Made by a program: the position numbers and the translations under genes. This document shows, piece by piece, positions 61,770 through 64,000 of a stretch of DNA of 64,000 bases. The notes below the pieces were generated by a model, which worked only from the letters and a program-made list of their open reading frames with translations, had not been told where the DNA came from and did not search any database. The stretch covers positions 84 to 64,083 of the forward strand of contig CAYNJC010000025.1 of NCBI GenBank assembly GCA_964397565.1. Direction: 5' to 3'. The stretch's first letter is position 1, and each line of letters begins with the position of its first letter. Source of the stretch: an uncultured bacterium (lineage in GTDB: Bacteria > Auribacterota > UBA3054 > JAPLST01).

Positions 61770-62927
61770 ATGGCTGACCAGCTTCACATCCACGTCGTCG
61801 AGACCGCGCGTGACCGCGCCGCATTCCTCGATCTTCCTTGGCGCATCTATGCCGGCTCGCCGTGCTGGGTGCCGCCACTCCGGCGCATCATCCGTCACCA
61901 ACTTGATTTTCGCGCGCACCCCTTTTGGCAGCATGCCGAGGGCTGCCTGTTCATCGCCTGCCGCGGCGCCGCAGTGCTCGGCCGCATATGCGCGCAGATT
62001 GACCACGCTTACATTGCGCAATGGCACGAGCCGGTCGGCTCGTTCGGTTTCTTTGAATGTGTGGATGAGGTCGCCGTGGCGCGCGCGCTGGTGCAGGCAG
62101 CGGCGGCCTGGCTGCAGCAGCGCGGCATGCGCGTGCTGCGCGGCCCGATGAGCCCCTCGTGTCATGGCGAATGGGGCCTGCTGATCGAGGGCTTCGCGCG
62201 GCCGCCGACCTTACTGATGCCGTACAACCCGCCCTACTATCGCGCCCTGCTGGAGGCCTGCGGCTTGCGCCCGGTCAAGACGGTGCTGGCCTATGAAAAA
62301 ACGCAGGACAGTCAGAGCCCGGCGGTACTCGCACGCATCGCCGCGCGGCTCCTGCGCAATTCACACGTGCGCATCGAGTGCCTGCGCAAGGCCGAGCTGA
62401 AGCACAGGGCGGAAACTGTGCGCCTGCTGTACAATGCCACCTGGAGCGCGCAGTGGGGTTTTACGCCGCTCAGCGCGGGTGAAATGAACGAGTTTCTCGA
62501 CGCGGTGCGCTTCTTCGGCCGCGAAGAGCTGGCGTGGCTGGCCTTTTATGACGACCAACCAGCGGGGCTGTGCATCACCCTGCCCGATATCAATGAAATC
62601 CTGCGCGATGCCAACGGACGACTCGGCCTGCGCACGCTCTGGCGCCTGCTATTTCAGCAGCGGCGCATCACGGGCTGCCGCACGATGTTGGTCGGGTTTT
62701 TGCCGCAATTCCGGCGCACCGGTCTGCCGGCTTTGCTCTATCACATATCCGAGCCGTATATCCGCGCGCACTTCCAGCGGGCCGAGTTCTCGTGGATTTT
62801 GGAGGATAATCTGCCGATGCAAATGCTGATCGGCGCCATCGGTGCGACGGTCAGTAAACGCTACCAGCTCTTTGAATTGCAGCTGCCTGTATCACCGCCG
62901 ATTCCGCTCTTCGATGAACATCGCTGA
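61770..62927 (+). CDS. Hypothetical protein, probable GNAT-like N-acetyltransferase family
   Basis: The N-terminal pattern RAAFLDLPWRIYAGSPCWVPPL ... resembles a widespread uncharacterised acyltransferase-like family. Assignment is from memory only. Confidence 0.45.
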   Translation: MADQLHIHVVETARDRAAFLDLPWRIYAGSPCWVPPLRRIIRHQLDFRAHPFWQHAEGCLFIACRGAAVLGRICAQIDHAYIAQWHEPVGSFGFFECVDEVAVARALVQAAAAWLQQRGMRVLRGPMSPSCHGEWGLLIEGFARPPTLLMPYNPPYYRALLEACGLRPVKTVLAYEKTQDSQSPAVLARIAARLLRNSHVRIECLRKAELKHRAETVRLLYNATWSAQWGFTPLSAGEMNEFLDAVRFFGREELAWLAFYDDQPAGLCITLPDINEILRDANGRLGLRTLWRLLFQQRRITGCRTMLVGFLPQFRRTGLPALLYHISEPYIRAHFQRAEFSWILEDNLPMQMLIGAIGATVSKRYQLFELQLPVSPPIPLFDEHR

Positions 62928-63453
62928 CACGACTGCGCTGGTGTTGATTGATGTGCAGGCATCACTGGCGCCGCTGATGTTCGAGGCCGCGCTGTTGCGC
63001 GCCAATTTGCGCAAAGTGCTGGCGGGCGCCCGTCTGCTCGGCGTGCCAGTGCTGTGGTGCGAACAACATCCACGCCATTTGGGCGGCACGCTGCCGGAGC
63101 TGGCCGCGCTACTGCCGGACCAGCAGCCAATTTCCAAGATGACGTTCAGTTGTTGCGGCTGTCCGCCGTTCATGCAGGCCGTGCGCGCCCTGGGCCGCCC
63201 AACTATGGTGCTGACCGGTATCGAAACCCATGTCTGTGTCTATCAAACCGCGCGCGATCTGATGGCCGACGGCTATCGCGTCGAAGTCGTGGCCGATGCG
63301 GTCTCGTCGCGCACCGCGCTCAACCGCACGATCGGCCTGCAGCGCGTGCAGCAGCTCGGCGCGGTTGTGACCTGCACCGAAATGCTCTTGTTGGAATTGC
63401 TCGGCAGTGCCGAACATCCAGCGTTCAAGGCGATCCTGCAACTGATTAAGTGA
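62914..63453 (+). CDS. Isochorismatase-family hydrolase
   Basis: ALVLIDVQ ... VLTGIETHVCVYQTARDL, with the catalytic Cys context. Internal ATG at 62914. Confidence 0.8.
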   Translation: MNIADTTALVLIDVQASLAPLMFEAALLRANLRKVLAGARLLGVPVLWCEQHPRHLGGTLPELAALLPDQQPISKMTFSCCGCPPFMQAVRALGRPTMVLTGIETHVCVYQTARDLMADGYRVEVVADAVSSRTALNRTIGLQRVQQLGAVVTCTEMLLLELLGSAEHPAFKAILQLIK

Positions 63454-63584
63454 GTTGTTACTATAGTAGACGTCTCGTAACAGAAGCACCATTTCTGAAG
63501 GCTCCCCACGGTCTCGCCGCTGGCGTGACCGCGGCTGAATCAGATTGAGCAGAACCACGCGCCCGCTCTTTTCAATACCTGCTT

Positions 63585-63616
63585 CCACCGATCCCGCCAC
63601 CGGCGGGATCGGTGGG
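63585..63616. repeat. REP-like hairpin CCACCGATCCCGCC-ACCG-GGCGGGATCGGTGG
   Basis: Perfect 14-nt arms with the same CCCGCC/GGCGGG core as the other copies. Confidence 0.8.
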
Positions 63617-63742
63617 GAGACGGAACTGCACAACATGACCATATGGGTGCGGGTAACTTCATTGCGTTGCTACTACAATTTCTAGTATTGCGAGACGGTT
63701 ACTACCACTGAAATGCGCCAATCACTAACCTTGGGAGTTTGT

Positions 63743-64000
63743 ATGGAAAAAACATGGATGGGTATTGTGCTGGCGTGGCTGCTGGTAGTGCGCAGTGCTT
63801 GCGCCGACAGCGTCTGGGCGCTTGAGGCCAACGGCATTTTGCGCGAGATCAATCCGGCCACCGGTGGCGAAATTGCGCAACACACATTAGCCGGAGGCGC
63901 CATTGGCTATGGCGGTCTGGCATATGGCCAGGGCTATCTGTGGGCGGCGCACACCAATGGCGTGCTGCAAAAGTTTGATGTAGCGACCTCGGCGCAAAGC
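63743..64000 (+). CDS. Hypothetical secreted protein, 3'-partial
   Basis: ATG at 63743 with GGGAG upstream. Signal peptide MEKTWMGIVLAWLLVVRSACA. The frame is open to the window end. Confidence 0.5.
   Translation, partial: MEKTWMGIVLAWLLVVRSACADSVWALEANGILREINPATGGEIAQHTLAGGAIGYGGLAYGQGYLWAAHTNGVLQKFDVATSAQS

Noticed and set aside
61622-64000. Genomic island integrated at the 3' end of ssrA.
   Set aside because: By eye there is no integrase, no phage genes, and no direct repeat of the tmRNA 3' end in the 2.4 kb downstream. This needs a computational repeat search to be definitive.
1-64000. tRNA or rRNA genes.
   Set aside because: A scan by eye for T-arm-like GGTTCGAATCC/GGTTCAA motifs found only the tmRNA 3' end. 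No rRNA-like conserved stretches were seen. tRNAscan-SE or Infernal would be decisive.

Overview
High-G+C bacterial chromosome segment (G+C judged by eye, not computed). It has no rRNA or tRNA genes and one tmRNA.

The backbone is housekeeping:
- two adjacent hybrid histidine kinases
- gltX and pgsA
- der-plsY-ybeY followed by a CorC-like gene
- miaB-radC and mutS
- a homocysteine-methyltransferase/MTHFR fusion

Five accessory blocks interrupt this backbone:
1. A patch that looks lower in G+C. It holds a duplicated-domain exported protein and a DinB-like gene whose 3' end runs into a 600-bp nested-palindrome element.
2. A GH29 fucosidase, a sulfatase-like gene and an unknown hydrolase. The last two are bracketed by same-orientation copies of a ~129-bp MITE-like repeat. 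The window holds 4 copies, and 2 of them carry an identical 94-bp nested insert.
3. Three tandem giant PEP-CTERM beta-helix/Pmp-repeat surface proteins plus a Wzm/Wzt-type ABC exporter. No exosortase is present in the window.
4. A HEPN-MNT pair beside a decayed reverse-transcriptase-like fragment and an amber-interrupted small ORF.
5. The most notable block: a tightly coupled minus-strand operon beside ssrA. Its order is consensus promoter, unannotated 54-aa peptide ORF, intrinsic attenuator, PqqD-like protein, radical SAM/SPASM enzyme, HprK-like kinase, S26-type peptidase/GNAT fusion, then nucleotidyltransferase. I read this as a candidate new RiPP or peptide-derived-metabolite pathway.

Near-consensus sigma70 promoters (TTGACA-N17-TATAnT) can be read at many gene starts. 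Several sit so close to the ATG that the mRNA would be leaderless. At least three families of intergenic palindromic repeats and short heptamer tandem repeats are present. Gene content (PEP-CTERM, FGE domain, sulfatase-like, GH29) suggests a PVC-group-like polysaccharide degrader, but that is inference only.
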